Origin: Tubulanus polymorphus
Lineage: Eukaryota; Animalia; Nemertea
Reading direction: 5' to 3'
Length of the DNA stretch: 64,000 nt
NCBI RefSeq assembly: GCF_964204645.1
Contig: NC_134025.1
Location: forward strand, 28,562,299-28,626,298
Position numbers and translations under genes: made by a program. The notes below the pieces were generated by a model. The model saw only the letters and a list, made by a program, of their open reading frames with translations, searched no databases and was not told the DNA's origin. Shown piece after piece: positions 1 to 12,645 of this stretch. The stretch's first letter is position 1. Every line of letters starts with the position of its first letter.

Positions 1-3000
1 GAACTGAATTGTCAGTGTGTCACAACACTGATGGCCTCCTTTAATACTGCTTGTTGCTGCTGCGTGTTAATTCTTACCTCCATCCCTGAACTTCTTGAAT
101 TATTACATTAGCAATATTACAATAAAAATTATTACATTAAACATTATAATATCATGAATCATCCTCCTTATATATTGCTGCTTGCTGCTGGCTCTGTTTT
201 GGGGTGATATTGAGTTCAGGAGTCTCCTCCTTCCTTCTTCAACTGTTACGTAGAAATGTGACAAACAAACTGAATTGTCAGTGTGTTACAACACTGATGA
301 CCTCCTTTAATACTGCTGCTTGCTGCTGGGTGTTAATTGATACACTCTGTTTTGGGGTGATATTGAGTTCAGGAGTCTTCTCCTTCCTTCTTCAACTGTT
401 ACGTAGAAATGTGACAAACAAACTGAATTGTCAGTGTGTTACAACACTGATGACCTCCTTTAATACTGCTGCTTGCTGCTGGGTGTTAATTGATACACTC
501 TGTTTTGGGGTGATATTGAGTTCAGGAGTCTTCTCCTTCCTTCTTCAACTGTCATGTAGAAACGTGACAAACGAACTGAATTGTCAGTGTGTCACAACAC
601 TGATGGCCTCCTTTAATACTGCTGCTTGCTGCTGGGTGTAAATTGATACACTCTGTTTTGGGGTGATATTGAGTTCAGGAGTCTTCTCCTTCCTTCTTCA
701 ACTGTTACGTAGAAACGTGACAAACAAACTGAATTGTCAGTGTGTTACAACACTGATGACCTCCTTTAATACTGCTGCTTGCTGCTGGGTGTTAATTGAT
801 ACACTCTGTTTTGGGGTGATATTGAGTTCAGGAGTCTTCTCCTTCCTTCTTCAACTGTTACGTAGAAATGTGACAAACAAACTGAATTGTCAGTGTGTTA
901 CAACACTGATGACCTCCTTTAATACTGCTGCTTGCTGCTGGGTGTTAATTGATACACTCTGTTTTGGGGTGATATTGAGTTCAGGAGTCTTCTCCTTCCT
1001 TCTTCAACTGTCATGTAGAAACGTGACAAACGAACTGAATTGTCAGTGTGTCACAACACTGATGGCCTCCTTTAATACTGCTTGTTGCTGCTGCGTGTTA
1101 ATTCTTACCTCCATCCCTGAACTTCTTGAATTATTACATTAGCAATATTACAATAAAAATTATTACATTAAACATTATAATATCATGAATCATCCTCCTT
1201 ATATATTGCTGCTTGCTGCTGGCTCTGTTTTGGGGTGATATTGAGTTCAGGAGTCTCCTCCTTCCTTCTTCAACTGCTATGTAGAAACGTGACAAACGAA
1301 CTGAATTGTCAGTGTGTTACAACACTGATGGCCTCCTTTAATACTGCTGCTTGCTGCTGGGTGTAAATTGATACACTCTGTTTTGGGGTGATATTGAGTT
1401 CAGGAGTCTTCTCCTTCCTTCTTCAACTGTTACGTAGAAACGTGACAAACAAACTGAATTGTCAGTGTGTTACAACACTGATGACCTCCTTTAATACTGC
1501 TGCTTGCTGCTGGGTGTTAATTGATACACTCTGTTTTGGGGTGATATTGAGTTCAGGAGTCTTCTCCTTCCTTCTTCAACTGTTACGTAGAAACGTGACA
1601 AACAAACTGAATTGTCAGTGTGTTACAACACTGATGACCTCCTTTAATACTGCTGCTTGCTGCTGGGTGTTAATTGATACACTCTGTTTTGGGGTGATAT
1701 TGAGTTCAGGAGTCTTCTCCTTCCTTCTTCAACTGTCATGTAGAAACGTGACAAACGAACTGAATTGTCAGTGTGTTACAACACTGATGACCTCCTTTAA
1801 TACTGCTGCTTGCTGCTGGGTGTTAATTCTTACCTCCATCCCTGAACTTCTTGAATTATTACATTAGCAATATTACAATAAAAATTATTACATTAAACAT
1901 TATAATATCATGAATCATCCTCCTTAAATATTGCTGCTTGCTGCTGGCTCTGTTTTGGGGTGATATTGAGTTCAGGAGTCTCCTCCTTCCTTCTTCAACT
2001 GCTATGTAGAAACGTGACAAACGAACTGAATTGTCAGTGTGTTACAACACTGATGACCTCCTTTAATACTGCTGCTTGCTGCTGGGTGTAAATTGATACA
2101 CTCTGTTTTGGGGTGATATTGAGTTCAGGAGTCTTCTCCTTCCTTCTTCAACTGTTACGTAGAAACGTGACAAACAAACTGAATTGTCAGTGTGTTACAA
2201 CACTGATGACCTCCTTTAATACTGCTGCTTGCTGCTGGGTGTTAATTGATACACTCTGTTTTGGGGTGATATTGAGTTCAGGAGTCTTCTCCTTCCTTCT
2301 TCAACTGTCATGTAGAAACGTGACAAACGAACTGAATTGTCAGTGTGTTACAACACTGATGACCTCCTTTAATACTGCTGCTTGCTGCTGGGTGTTAATT
2401 GATACACTCTGTTTTGGGGTGATATTGAGTTCAGGAGTCTTCTCCTTCCTTCTTCAACTGTCATGTAGAATCGTGACAAACGAACTGAATTGTCAGTGTG
2501 TTACAACACTGATGGCCTCCTTTAATACTGCTCGTTGCTGCTGCGTGTTAATTCTTACCTCCTTCCCTTAACTTCTTGAATTATTACATTAGCAATATTA
2601 CAATAAAAATTATTACATTAAACATTATAATATCATGAATCATCCTCCTTAAATATTCCTGCTTGCTGCTGGCTCTGTTTTGGGGTGATATTGAGTTAAG
2701 GAGTCTCCTCCTTCCTTCTTCAACTGTCATGTAGAAACGTGACAAACAAACTGAATTGTCAGTGTGTTACAACACTGATGACCTCCTTTAATACTGATGC
2801 TTGTTGCTGGGTGTTAATTGATACACTCTGTTTTGGGGTGATATTGAGTTCAGGAGTCTCCTCCTTCCTGCTTCAACTGTCATGTAGAAACGTGACAAAC
2901 AAACTGAATTGTCAGTGTGATACATCACTGATGGCCTCCTTTAATACTGCTCGTTGCTGCTGGGTGTAAATTGATACACTCTGTTTTGGGGTGATATTGA

Positions 3001-3001
3001 G
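1..3001. repeat. 153-bp satellite array with higher-order repeat (monomers plus ~113-bp AT-rich linker)
   Basis: Monomer gtgatattgagttcaggagtc...ctctgttttggg recurs every 153 bp (e.g. 204, 357, 510, 663). The linker ttcttacctc...catgaatcatcc recurs at ~71, 1102, 1827 and 2552, giving periods of 1031, 725 and 725 (1031 = 725 + 2x153). The array is truncated by the window start. Confidence 0.97.
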
Positions 3002-3014
3002 CTTTGGCTAGTTT

Positions 3015-3815
3015 TGCTTCCTGATCGTCCTCATTACGACCTTACGTTTTAGATATATGAATATTCAAAAGAGCTATCCATCGATAGCTTTGTGGTGGTT
3101 GAATCTTTGAAATGTCGCTGGTGTTGGTACTTTGTATATATGATGTCGGTGAAATGGGATTGATTATGTTTCCTGATCGTCCTTATTGCGACTTTACGTT
3201 TTAAATATATAAATATTCAGTACAGCTATCCATCGATAGCTTTGTGGTGGTTGAATCATTGAAATGTCGCTGATGTTGGTTTTGTGTATATATTGTAATA
3301 TATGCCGATGAATTGGGATTGATTATGTTTCCTGATCGTCCTTATTGCGACTTTGCGTTTTAGATATATGAATTTAGATATAATTTAGATTTGCGTTTTA
3401 GATATATGAATATTCAGTACAGCTATCCATCGATAGCTTTGTGGTGGTTGAATCTTTGAAATGACGCTGGTGTTGGTTCTGTGTATATATTGTAATATAT
3501 GTTGGTGAAATGGGACTGATTATGTTTCCTGATCGTCATTATTGCGACTTAACATTTTAAATGTATAAATATTAAAAACAGCTATTCATCGATAGCTTTG
3601 TGGTGGTTGTATCATTGAAATGTCGCTGGTGTTGGTACTTTGTATATATTGTAATATATGTCGGTGAATTGGGACTGATTATGTTTCCTGATCGTCCTTA
3701 TTGCGACTTTACGTTTTAAATGTATAAATATTCAAAACAGCTATTCATCGATAGCTTTGTGGTGGTTGTATCATTGAAATGTTGCTGGTGTTGGTACTTT
3801 GTATATATGGTATCA
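3015..3815. repeat. ~159-bp tandem repeat (about 5 copies) inserted within the 153-bp satellite
   Basis: Core gctat(c/t)catcgatagctttgtggtggttg at ~3072, 3225, 3422, 3581 and 3740; the sequence shows no obvious similarity to the 153-bp monomer. Confidence 0.93.
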
Positions 3816-3910
3816 GCAAATTATTATCATATTACACATTTTAAAAGTGTTATATTCAAAGATGCTATCGCTTGATAGCTTCACTTTTGTTCTTTGCACC
3901 TGAAGGTTGA

Positions 3911-6601
3911 TAACTGTCATATAGAAACGTGGCAAACGAACTGAATTGTCAGTGTGTTACAACACTGATGACCTCCTTTAATACTGCTGCTTGCTGCTGG
4001 GTGGTAATTAATAAACTCTGTTTTGGGGGGATATTGAGTTCAGGAGTCTTCTCCTTCCTTCTTCAACTGTTACGTAGAAACGTGACAAACAAACTGAATT
4101 GTCAGTTTGTTACAACACTGATGACCTCCTTTAATACTGCTGCTTGCTGCTGGGTGTTAATTGATATACTCTGTTTTGGGGTGATATTGAGTTCAGGAGT
4201 CTTCTCCTTCCTTCTTCAACTGTTACGTAGAAACGTGACAAACAAACTGAATTGTCAGTGTGTTACTACACTGATGACCTCCTTTAATACTGCTGCTTGC
4301 TGCTGGGTGTAAATTGATACACTCTGTTTTGGGGTGATATTGAGTTCAGGAGTCTTCTCCTTCCTTCTTCAACTGTTACGTAGAAACGTGACAAACGAAC
4401 TGAATTGACAGTGTGTTAGAACACTGATGGCCACCTTTAATACTGCTTGTTGCTGCTGCGTGTTAATTCTTACCTCCTTCCCTTAACTTCTTGAATTATA
4501 ACATTAAATGTTATTAATTGATACACTCTGTTTTGGGGTGATATGGATCGAGTTCAGGAGTCTTCTCCTTCCTTCTTCAACTGTCATGTAGAAACGTGAC
4601 AAACAAACTGCATTGTCAGTGTGTTACAACACTGATGACCTCCTTTAATACTGCTGCTTGCTGGTGCATGTTAATTAATACACTCTGTTTTGGGGTGATA
4701 TTGAGTTCAGGAGTCTCCTCCTTCCTTCTGCAACTGTCATGTAGAATCGTGACAAACAAACTGAATTGTCAGTGTGTTCCATCACTAATGACCTCCTTTA
4801 CTACTGCTGCTTGCTGCTGGGTGTTAATTAATACACTCTGTTTTGGGGTGATATTGAGTTAAGGAGTCTTCTCCTTCCTTCTGCAACTGTCATGCAGAAT
4901 CGTGCCAAACAAACTGATTATCAGTGTGTTACAACATTGATGGTCCCCTTTAATACTGCTCGTTGTTGCTGGGTGGTAATTCTTACCTCCTTCCCTTGCC
5001 TTCATGAATTATTACATTAAACATTATCACAATAAAAATTATTACATTAAACATTATTACATCATGAATTGTTACATAATTACATTATCAAATTACACAT
5101 TATTGTCATCTAAAAAGCTGGCAAGTTCCTTCTCCATGTTAATCATTCCACTTTTTTAGGGGTGATATTGAGTTCAGGAGCCTCCTCCTTCCTTCTTCAA
5201 CTGTCATGTAGAAATGTGACAAACAAACTGAATTGTCAGTGTGATATCACTGATGGCCTCCTTCAATACTGCTGCTTGCTGGTGCATGTTAATTAAAACA
5301 CTCTGTTTTGGGGTGATATTGAGTTAAGGAGTCTTCTCCTTCCTTCAACTGTTACGTAGAAACGTGACAAACAAACTGAATTGTCAGTGTGTTACAACAC
5401 TGATGACCTCCTTTAATACTGCTGCTTGCTGCTGGGTGTTAATTGATATACTCTGTTTTGGGGTAATATTGAGTTAAGGAGTCTTCTCCTTCCTTCTTCA
5501 ACTGTTAGGTAGAAACGTGACAAACAAACTGAATTGTCAGTGCGTTACAACACTGATGACCTCCTTTAATACTGCTGCTTGCTGCTGGATGTAAATTGAT
5601 ACACTCTGTTTTGGGGTAGTATTGAGTTCAGGAGTCTCCTCCTTCCTTCGTAGAAACGTGACAAACGAACTGAATTGTCAGTGTGTTAGAACACTGATGG
5701 CCACCTTTAATACTGCTTGTTGCTGCTGCGTGTTAATTCTTACCTCCTTCCCTTAACTTCTTGAATTATAACATTAAACGTTATTAATTGATACACTCTG
5801 TTTTGGGGTGATATCGATCGAGTTCGGGAGTCTTCTCCTTCCTTCTTCAACTGTCATGTAGAAACGTGACAAACAAACTGCATTGTCAGTGTGTTACAAC
5901 ACTGATGACCTCCTTTAATACTGCTGCTTGCTGGTGCATGTTAATTAATACACTCTGTTTTGGGGTGATATTGAATTAAGGAGTCTCCTCCTTCCTTCTG
6001 CAACTGTCATGTAGAATCGTGCCAAACAAACTGAATTGTCAGTGTGTTCCATCACTAATGACCTCCTTTACTACTGCTGCTTGCTGCTGGGTGTTAATTA
6101 ATACACTCTGTTTTGGGATGATATTGAGTTCAGGAGTCTCCTCCTTCCTTCTGCAACTGTCATGCAGAATCGTGACAAACAAACTGATTATCAGTGTGTT
6201 ACAACATTGATGGTCTCCTTTAATACTGCTCGTTGTTGCTGGGTGGTAATTCTTACCTCCTTCCCTTGCCTTCATGAATTATTATATTAAACATTATCAC
6301 AATAAAGATTATTACATTAAACATTATTACATCATGAATTGTTACATAATTACATTATCAAATTACACATTATTGTCATCTAAAAAGCTGGCAAGTTCCT
6401 TCTCCATGTTAATCATTCCACTTTTTTAGGGGTGATATTGAGTTCAGGAGCCTCCTCCTTCCTTCTTCAACTGTCATGTAGAAATGTGACAAACAAACTG
6501 AATTGTCAGTGTGATACATCACTGATGGCCTCCTTCAATACTGCTGCTTGCTGGTGCATGTTAATTAAAACACTCTGTTTTGGGGTGATATTGAGTTAAG
6601 G
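3911..6601. repeat. Second, more diverged block of the 153-bp satellite containing a 1270-bp tandem duplication
   Basis: Same monomer as 1-3001. Diagnostic variants recur exactly 1270 bp apart (atatggatcg 4541 / atatcgatcg 5811; linkers at ~4980 and ~6250). Confidence 0.95.
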
Positions 6602-6935
6602 ATTTACGATTTAAATGTATAGATATTCAAAAGAGAGCTATCCATGGAAAGCTTTGTGGTGATTGTATCATTGAAATGTCGCTGGTGTTGGTTCAGTGTA
6701 TAAATTGTAATATATATCGGTGAATTGGGATTGTTATGTTTTCTGATCTCCCTTGTCGCGACTTACCGTTTAAATTTATAAATATTCAACGCAGCTATCC
6801 ATCGATAGCTTTGTGGTGGTTGTATCATTGAAATTTCACTGGTGTTGGTACTATATTGTATCAGCAACTTATAATCACATTACGGAGTTGCGTTTTAAGA
6901 TTGTTACATTCAAAGATGTTATTGCTTGATAGCCC
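6602..6935. repeat. ~159-bp repeat family, about 2 copies plus shared flank
   Basis: Same core as 3015-3815 (gctatccatcgatagctttgtggtggttgtatcattgaaat at ~6794). It is followed by tatcagcaa...ttcaaagatg..gcttgatagc, as at ~3811-3880. Confidence 0.88.
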
Positions 6936-7417
6936 TTGATAGCCTAGGTGTTAGATAGCCCTTGAATCAGCTAAACTGGGTCAGAGCGTTTTATGAATGC
7001 TGATAAACTCTAAACCTGAGTTAATAAAACTTCAAAACATTGGAGCCAACTCTTGTCCATTATAGCCTATATAAGTGAAGATCGATCATCATAAACACCG
7101 GTGAAAACAATTGACGTCTCCTCACTAAGCACGTACCTGACGTCTCTCTTTGCACCGATGCAACCATGCACTAAAGCACTTGCATGAAATGGCACTAAAT
7201 ACATAAAGACACACAAATTGTGTTTATGTATTTTCAGGGTATACACATGCACACCCGCGGGTCCATGCACATGGTTAAAAACTTGATTAGCATGTACAGT
7301 GCTATCTATCTTTGTTTGTGTGTTGATATAATTTGTAATAATGTTTCAGTGTTTGTCATAGAAAAGCATTAATTCTACAAACAATCTTAGATACCCATTT
7401 TGTAGACAAAAATATAA

Positions 7418-7875
7418 AAGGTTAATGATTAATTGTAAAATGGAAAAAATTAAATGTGAAATTATCAATGTCTTAAATAATGATTAAATGATATAGTGAA
7501 GATTAAGTCACAGTGATTATAGAGAGATTAGAGCGTCAGATCAGTTGTATTGAGTTATCTCCCTCAAAGTCAAGGTTAATGATTAATTGTAAAATGGAAA
7601 AAATGAAATGTGAAATTATCAATGTCTTAAATAATATAGTGAAGATTAAGTCGCAGTGATTATAGAGAGATTAGAGCGTCAGATCAGCCAGATCAGTTGT
7701 ACTGAGTTATATCCCTCAAAGTCAAGGTTAATGATTAATTGTAAAATGGAAAAAATGAAATGTGAAATTATCAATGTCTTAAATAATATAGCGAAGATTA
7801 AGTCGCAGTGATTATAGAGAGATTAGAGCGTCAGATCAGCCAGATCAGTTGTACTGAGTTATCTCCCTCAATGTC
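7418..7875. repeat. Three tandem ~152-bp units
   Basis: aaggttaatgattaattgtaaaatggaaaaa at 7418, 7572 and 7723. Each unit ends in agatcagttgta(c/t)tgagttat..ccctcaa, related to the exon-like cassettes downstream. Confidence 0.92.
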
Positions 7876-9240
7876 AGGAACAAGAGTCACGGGGAAAGTT
7901 CACAGTTCCAGAGGAATGTCGAGTCATAAGTCTGAACTGACTTTAAATCAGGTATGATATTGAAATTGTATAAATCAATTTTCAAAGTCTCAAAATTGAA
8001 AATTATTCATATTTTGTGTTATCTTGTAGCAAATATTGAGAGGTTTACCACAGAACTGAGTCTCACCAGAGATGAGACAATTACCAGGAATCAGAATGTC
8101 ACCACTGAGATCAGTAGTACTGATTCATCTCCGTCAAAGTCAGCAACAGAGTTACAGAGTCGCAAGGAAGGTTAATAGTTCCAGAGGAATGTCGAGTCAT
8201 TAGTCTGAACTGACTATAAATGAGGTATATTAGATAGACATGGATTTCTTGTTGTTGGGAAAGTCTCAAACGTTATGATGGTCTGTTACATGTTTTCTTG
8301 TAGCAAATCATTAGACATGCAATACCAGAGGAAGGATCAGTCATTGAACTGACTATAGAAGTGTCAAAATCTAAATTTATTCATATTTTGTTTTCTTTTA
8401 GCTAATATTGAGAGGTTTACCACTGAACTGAGATGAGAATATCACCAGTGAGATCAGTACAGAACTATGTCTATCCATGTGGTAAGATCAGGGCGTCTCC
8501 AGTGAGATAAGAGGATCACAAGTGAGATGAGATCAGTGGCGCTGTGCTGTATCTGCCTCTAAGTCAGGAACGAAGTAACAATTAAGAGTCTCACGTTAAC
8601 AGTTCCAGCGGAACGTCGAGTCATTTGTCTGAACTGACAATAAATCAGGTATAATATTGAAATTATATAAAAATCTCAAAAATTGAAAATTGCCGGTATT
8701 CATATTTTGTGTTTTCTTGTAGCAAATATTGAGAGGTCCACAGAACTGAGTCACTATAGATGAGACAATCACCAGGCATCAGTTCGATGAATGTCACCGC
8801 TGAGATCAGTAGTACTGAGTTATCTGCCTTAGTCAACAACAAAGTAGTGTCACAAAGTGAACAGTTGCAAAGGAAGGTCGAGTCATTAGTCTGAACTGAC
8901 TTTAAATCAGGTATAATTTTGAAATTACATGAATCAATTTTCATATCTGACATTATTAAAAAATTATTCATATTTTGAATTTTTATGTTGTAAGTAGGAA
9001 ATATCTAAAGATGTTACGTTACTACAAGATGGAAAAATACCTGCAGGGATTTACATGAATATTCTTCCAAAGTTGAAAGGATGAAAGAATGGATGAGTCA
9101 TGAATCTGAACAGACTATAAATCAGGTATATTGTAATAGAAAAACGACTTGAAATGTTTTATTGATTGTTTAAAATATCCTTTAATGTTTGTTTGATTTG
9201 TCTTCTAGGCGAAGAAATGTGTGATACATCTAATTTAATA
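7876..9240 (+). other. Array of duplicated exon/intron-like cassettes without an intact ORF (spliced lncRNA or decayed gene)
   Basis: Repeated ...gaactgact.taaatcag|gtat donors and ttttcttgtag|caaat acceptors define introns 7952-8029, 8225-8303, 8649-8722, 8911-~8997 and 9126-9208 (74-87 nt, matching intron sizes in the neighbouring genes). The exons are mutually homologous but contain in-frame stops. Confidence 0.55.
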
Positions 9241-9265
9241 ATAAGATGGCGACTGTTAATCATTT

Positions 9266-9830
9266 GAGAACTCTAATGCGTTTCTGGAACTTAGAGAACT
9301 CTAATGCATTCCTGGAACTAAGAGAACTCTAACGCGTTGCTGGAACTTCGAGATGCGTTGCTGAAACTTGGGAGAACTCTAATGCGTTACTAGAACTTGG
9401 AGAACTCTAATGCGTTACTAGAACTTGGAGAACTCTAATGCGTTACTAGAACTTGGAGAACTGTGATGCGTTGCTGGAACTTCCAGAACTCTAATGCGTT
9501 GCTGGAACTTGGTGAACTCTATTGCGTCGCTGAAACTTGGGAGAACTCTAATGCGTTACTAGAACTTGGAGAACTCTAATGCGTTACTAGAACTTGGAGA
9601 ACTGTGATGCGTTGCTGGAACTTCCAGAACTCTAATGCGTTGCTAGAACTTGGAGAACTCTAATGCATTGCTGGAACTTCGAGAACTCTAAATGCGTTGC
9701 TGGAACTTGGTGAACTCTAATGCGTTACTGAAACTTGGATTACTCTAATGCGTTGCTCGAACTTGGAGAACTCTTAATGCGTTGCTGGAACTTGGACAAC
9801 TCTTCTGCGTGTTAAGACTTTGAGAATTCT
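9266..9830. repeat. 28-29-bp minisatellite, about 20 copies
   Basis: Unit gaactctaatgcgtt(g/a)ct(g/a)gaacttgga in direct tandem (period 28 at 9543, 9571 and 9599), with no unique spacers. Confidence 0.95.
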
Positions 9831-10642
9831 TGTGTGTGCAATTGACTGTGTGTATGAATATATGTGTTCAATTTGAGATTTTTGATTTATTTATTTATTT
9901 ATTTTGATTTAAATAAAACAAGTTAGAATATCTTTGATCGCTTCTAAAGAATTGTTGATGTTGTTTTGAGGTCGAACTGAAATGCAGCAGTCAGTTCCAT
10001 AGTGTGTTTGAATATCGACATGACATGATGACCTTGATTTCTTCGTGTTGACTTCTGTCGGTGTTGGTTAATTACAATGCATTTTAACTCGTTTGTTTTT
10101 GTAAATACCATATTTATTTCTATGAAATGACATGATCGATTCCTAGAGGAGCTGTATTCTCAACTTGGTGTAGAATAGTAAAACGAGGTCGAAAGTACTT
10201 ACGTTACCAGTTTATCTTGTCTTTTATTTGTTACATTGATGAATTATATTGATTTTGTGTTGCTTAATTGATTTAAAAGGCTTGTGATTGGTGTTTGATA
10301 ATTGGTTGACCTTTGTTTACATGTAAATACATATAGAACTATTAATCACAACAACTAAAACCTATTCGTGGTTTAGTTGTTCACTACAAATTGTTTTTGT
10401 TATTTTTCTGTGATCTACAGTTGACTCGGCTCTCGGCTCTTTAACTCGAATCACACTAATCAATTATAGTATTGACTCGGACTCAGACACTTTCAAACTC
10501 AATCTATTGTCCGTACAATCACCTGTGCTCACTTGTTTTAATAGATTTTAGTTAGAACTCGGTCTACTCATGCACATTTAAACTTGATAGTCCCTGGGAT
10601 TATATTTTCCAGTTTATTGATACATTAGGTGATAGAAAACTA

Positions 10643-10725
10643 CAGTAAACCTCATTCGGATTTTCACCGCAACTATAGTGCCAATCTAGCGGGTCTCTAG
10701 TTCCAGTAGGGCGGCCGGTTTACTG
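10643..10725. mobile_element. Very short TA-flanked MITE (Tc1/mariner/pogo-type ends)
   Basis: ta|cagtaaacc ... ggtttactg|ta: terminal inverted repeat with TA on both sides. Confidence 0.6.
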
Positions 10726-10728
10726 TAG

Positions 10729-10810
10729 CAGGGGCGGATCTAGGGGTTGAGGGTGGCTAGCCATCCTCTCCAATGCCTTCCGAAAAATTTAAAAGGGGCT
10801 TTAATTTATC
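10729..10810. mobile_element. End fragment of a caggggcggatctaggg MITE family
   Basis: The first 17 nt are the exact reverse complement of the right end of the element at 48390-48654. Confidence 0.6.
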
Positions 10811-10857
10811 GTTTAAATAGTTTATCTCATCATCACAGCAGTTGCAAGCATGTCTAA

Positions 10858-11025
10858 GGCTAAAAAATTGATTTGGAACCTTGTTTCTCAGCTCTGCCGA
10901 GCTTAAAAGTAGACCCGGCCGGCCGCCTATCTACCCTGTCCCTGTGCATGACTTTTTTTTAAAATCGTGATCAATTTTACCATTACAGACCCGGTCGCTA
11001 TAGAAATGAGCTGTTTACAAATATG
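10858..11025. mobile_element. Partial copy of the PIF/Harbinger-like MITE seen at 31325-31543 (opposite orientation)
   Basis: taa|ggctaaaaaattga...ccttgtttctc...gacccggccggccgcctatctaccct...aaaatcgtgatcaattt...gctatagaaatga is the reverse complement of ~31395-31543 and is preceded by TAA. Confidence 0.8.
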
Positions 11026-11419
11026 ACCCCCAGCCGAGCTATAAGGCCATATTTTCGTTCACAGCCATTCCGCTACGTAGGCCTACATGAGTCGTCAATT
11101 TTCTCAATCATAATTACCTGAATTTTTTCCCAATCTGTCTCAAAAAAATTCCCAAAACCAGTACCATGACAAATTGTAAATTATGAATAACAAATGTTTG
11201 AGAAATGACCTAAGTTTTCCCCCAATCAATCGTGCGGGTATCTCATAAAATTATCAACACCTCATCCAACTTTAGGAATGCCAAGTAGTAGGCATAATCA
11301 ATGCCATAAACCAAATACCAAGATCGTGTCAATAACATCATTCGTTCTTTGCGAAAAGTGAAATCAATACACCGGTAGCCTACTTGGGACAAAACTTTGT
11401 GTTCCCCAAGTGGCCTAAA

Positions 11420-12645
11420 AATCGCGCCATGATGCAATCGTGTATTGAAATATTTCGTTTTTTTACTATGATCAAATCAATGCACTGACATCTGCTTTAC
11501 ATCAACTTAAAGAACAGGGTCCCCTTCACAATATACTAGATTTTCAGAAAGCCTCGGGTTTCAGTTTAAGAGAAATTTGATTTTGAATTTTAATCTTTAA
11601 ATATCGCGCCGATGCAATCATGTATCGAAATATTGCGTTTTTTTACTTTGATCAAATCAATGCACAGATATCTGCTTTACATCAACTTAAAGAATAGAGT
11701 TTCCTTAATAATATACTTAATTTTCAGTAACCCTCAGGTTTCAGTTTTAGAGAAATTTGATTTTGAAGTTTAATTTTTTAAATACCGCGCCATGATGCAA
11801 TCGTGTTTAAAATGACGCGTTTTTAACTATGATCCAATCAATGCACAGACATCTGCTTTACATCAACTTAAAGAATATAGTGTCCTTCACAATAAACTAG
11901 ATTTTCAGAAAGCCTCAGGTTTCAGTTTAAGAGAAATTTGATTTTGAAATTTTAATCTTTAAATATCGCGCCATGATGCAATCATGTATCGAAATATTGC
12001 GTTTTTTTACTTTGATCAAATCAATGCACAGACATCTGCTTTACATCAACTTAAAGAATAGAGTTTCCTTTACAATATACTAGATTTTCAGAAAGCCTCG
12101 GGTTTCAGTTTAAGAGAATTTTGATTTTGAATTTTAATCTTTAAATATCGCGCCATGATGTAATCGTGTATTGAAATATTGCGTTTTTATACTATGAATC
12201 AATGCACAGACATCTGCCTTAAATCAACTTAAAGGATAGAGTGTCCTTCACAATATACTAGATTTTCAGGAAGCCTCAGGTTTTAGTTTTAGAGAAATTT
12301 GGCTTGAAATGACGCATATTTTAACTATGATCAAATCAATGCACAGACATCTGCTTTACATCGACCTGAAGAATAGAGTCTCCTAAATAACATACCAATT
12401 TTCAGAAAGCCTCAGGCTTTAGTTTTAGAGAAATTTGATTTTGAATTTTAATTTTTAAATGTTGAGCCATGATGCAATCGTGCGTTGAAATACGCGTATT
12501 TTTTACAATGAACAAATCAAGACATATGTTTTGAAAATTAACTTGAGGAATAGAGATTTTCGTCAAATGCTCCATTTTCATGAATTTTCAGGCTTTAGTT
12601 TTAGTGAAATTTGATCTTTCATTAGATTTTGTGCGCCATGACATC
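11420..12645. repeat. ~181-bp tandem repeat, about 7 copies, decaying at the 3' end
   Basis: cgcgccatgatgcaatc at ~11423, 11605, 11787, 11968, 12149 and 12466; conserved internal acatctgctttacatcaacttaaagaa. Confidence 0.95.

Noticed and set aside
204-6210. Repeated Cys-rich 60-159-aa ORFs (MILSSGVFSFLLQ...) on the + strand
   Set aside because: They arise because the 153-bp monomer is a multiple of 3 with one open frame. They start at GTG, are broken by sporadic stops and have no gene context.
9266-9830. 28-bp repeats of CRISPR-like length
   Set aside because: The units are directly adjacent with no unique spacers, there are no cas genes, and the context is eukaryotic.
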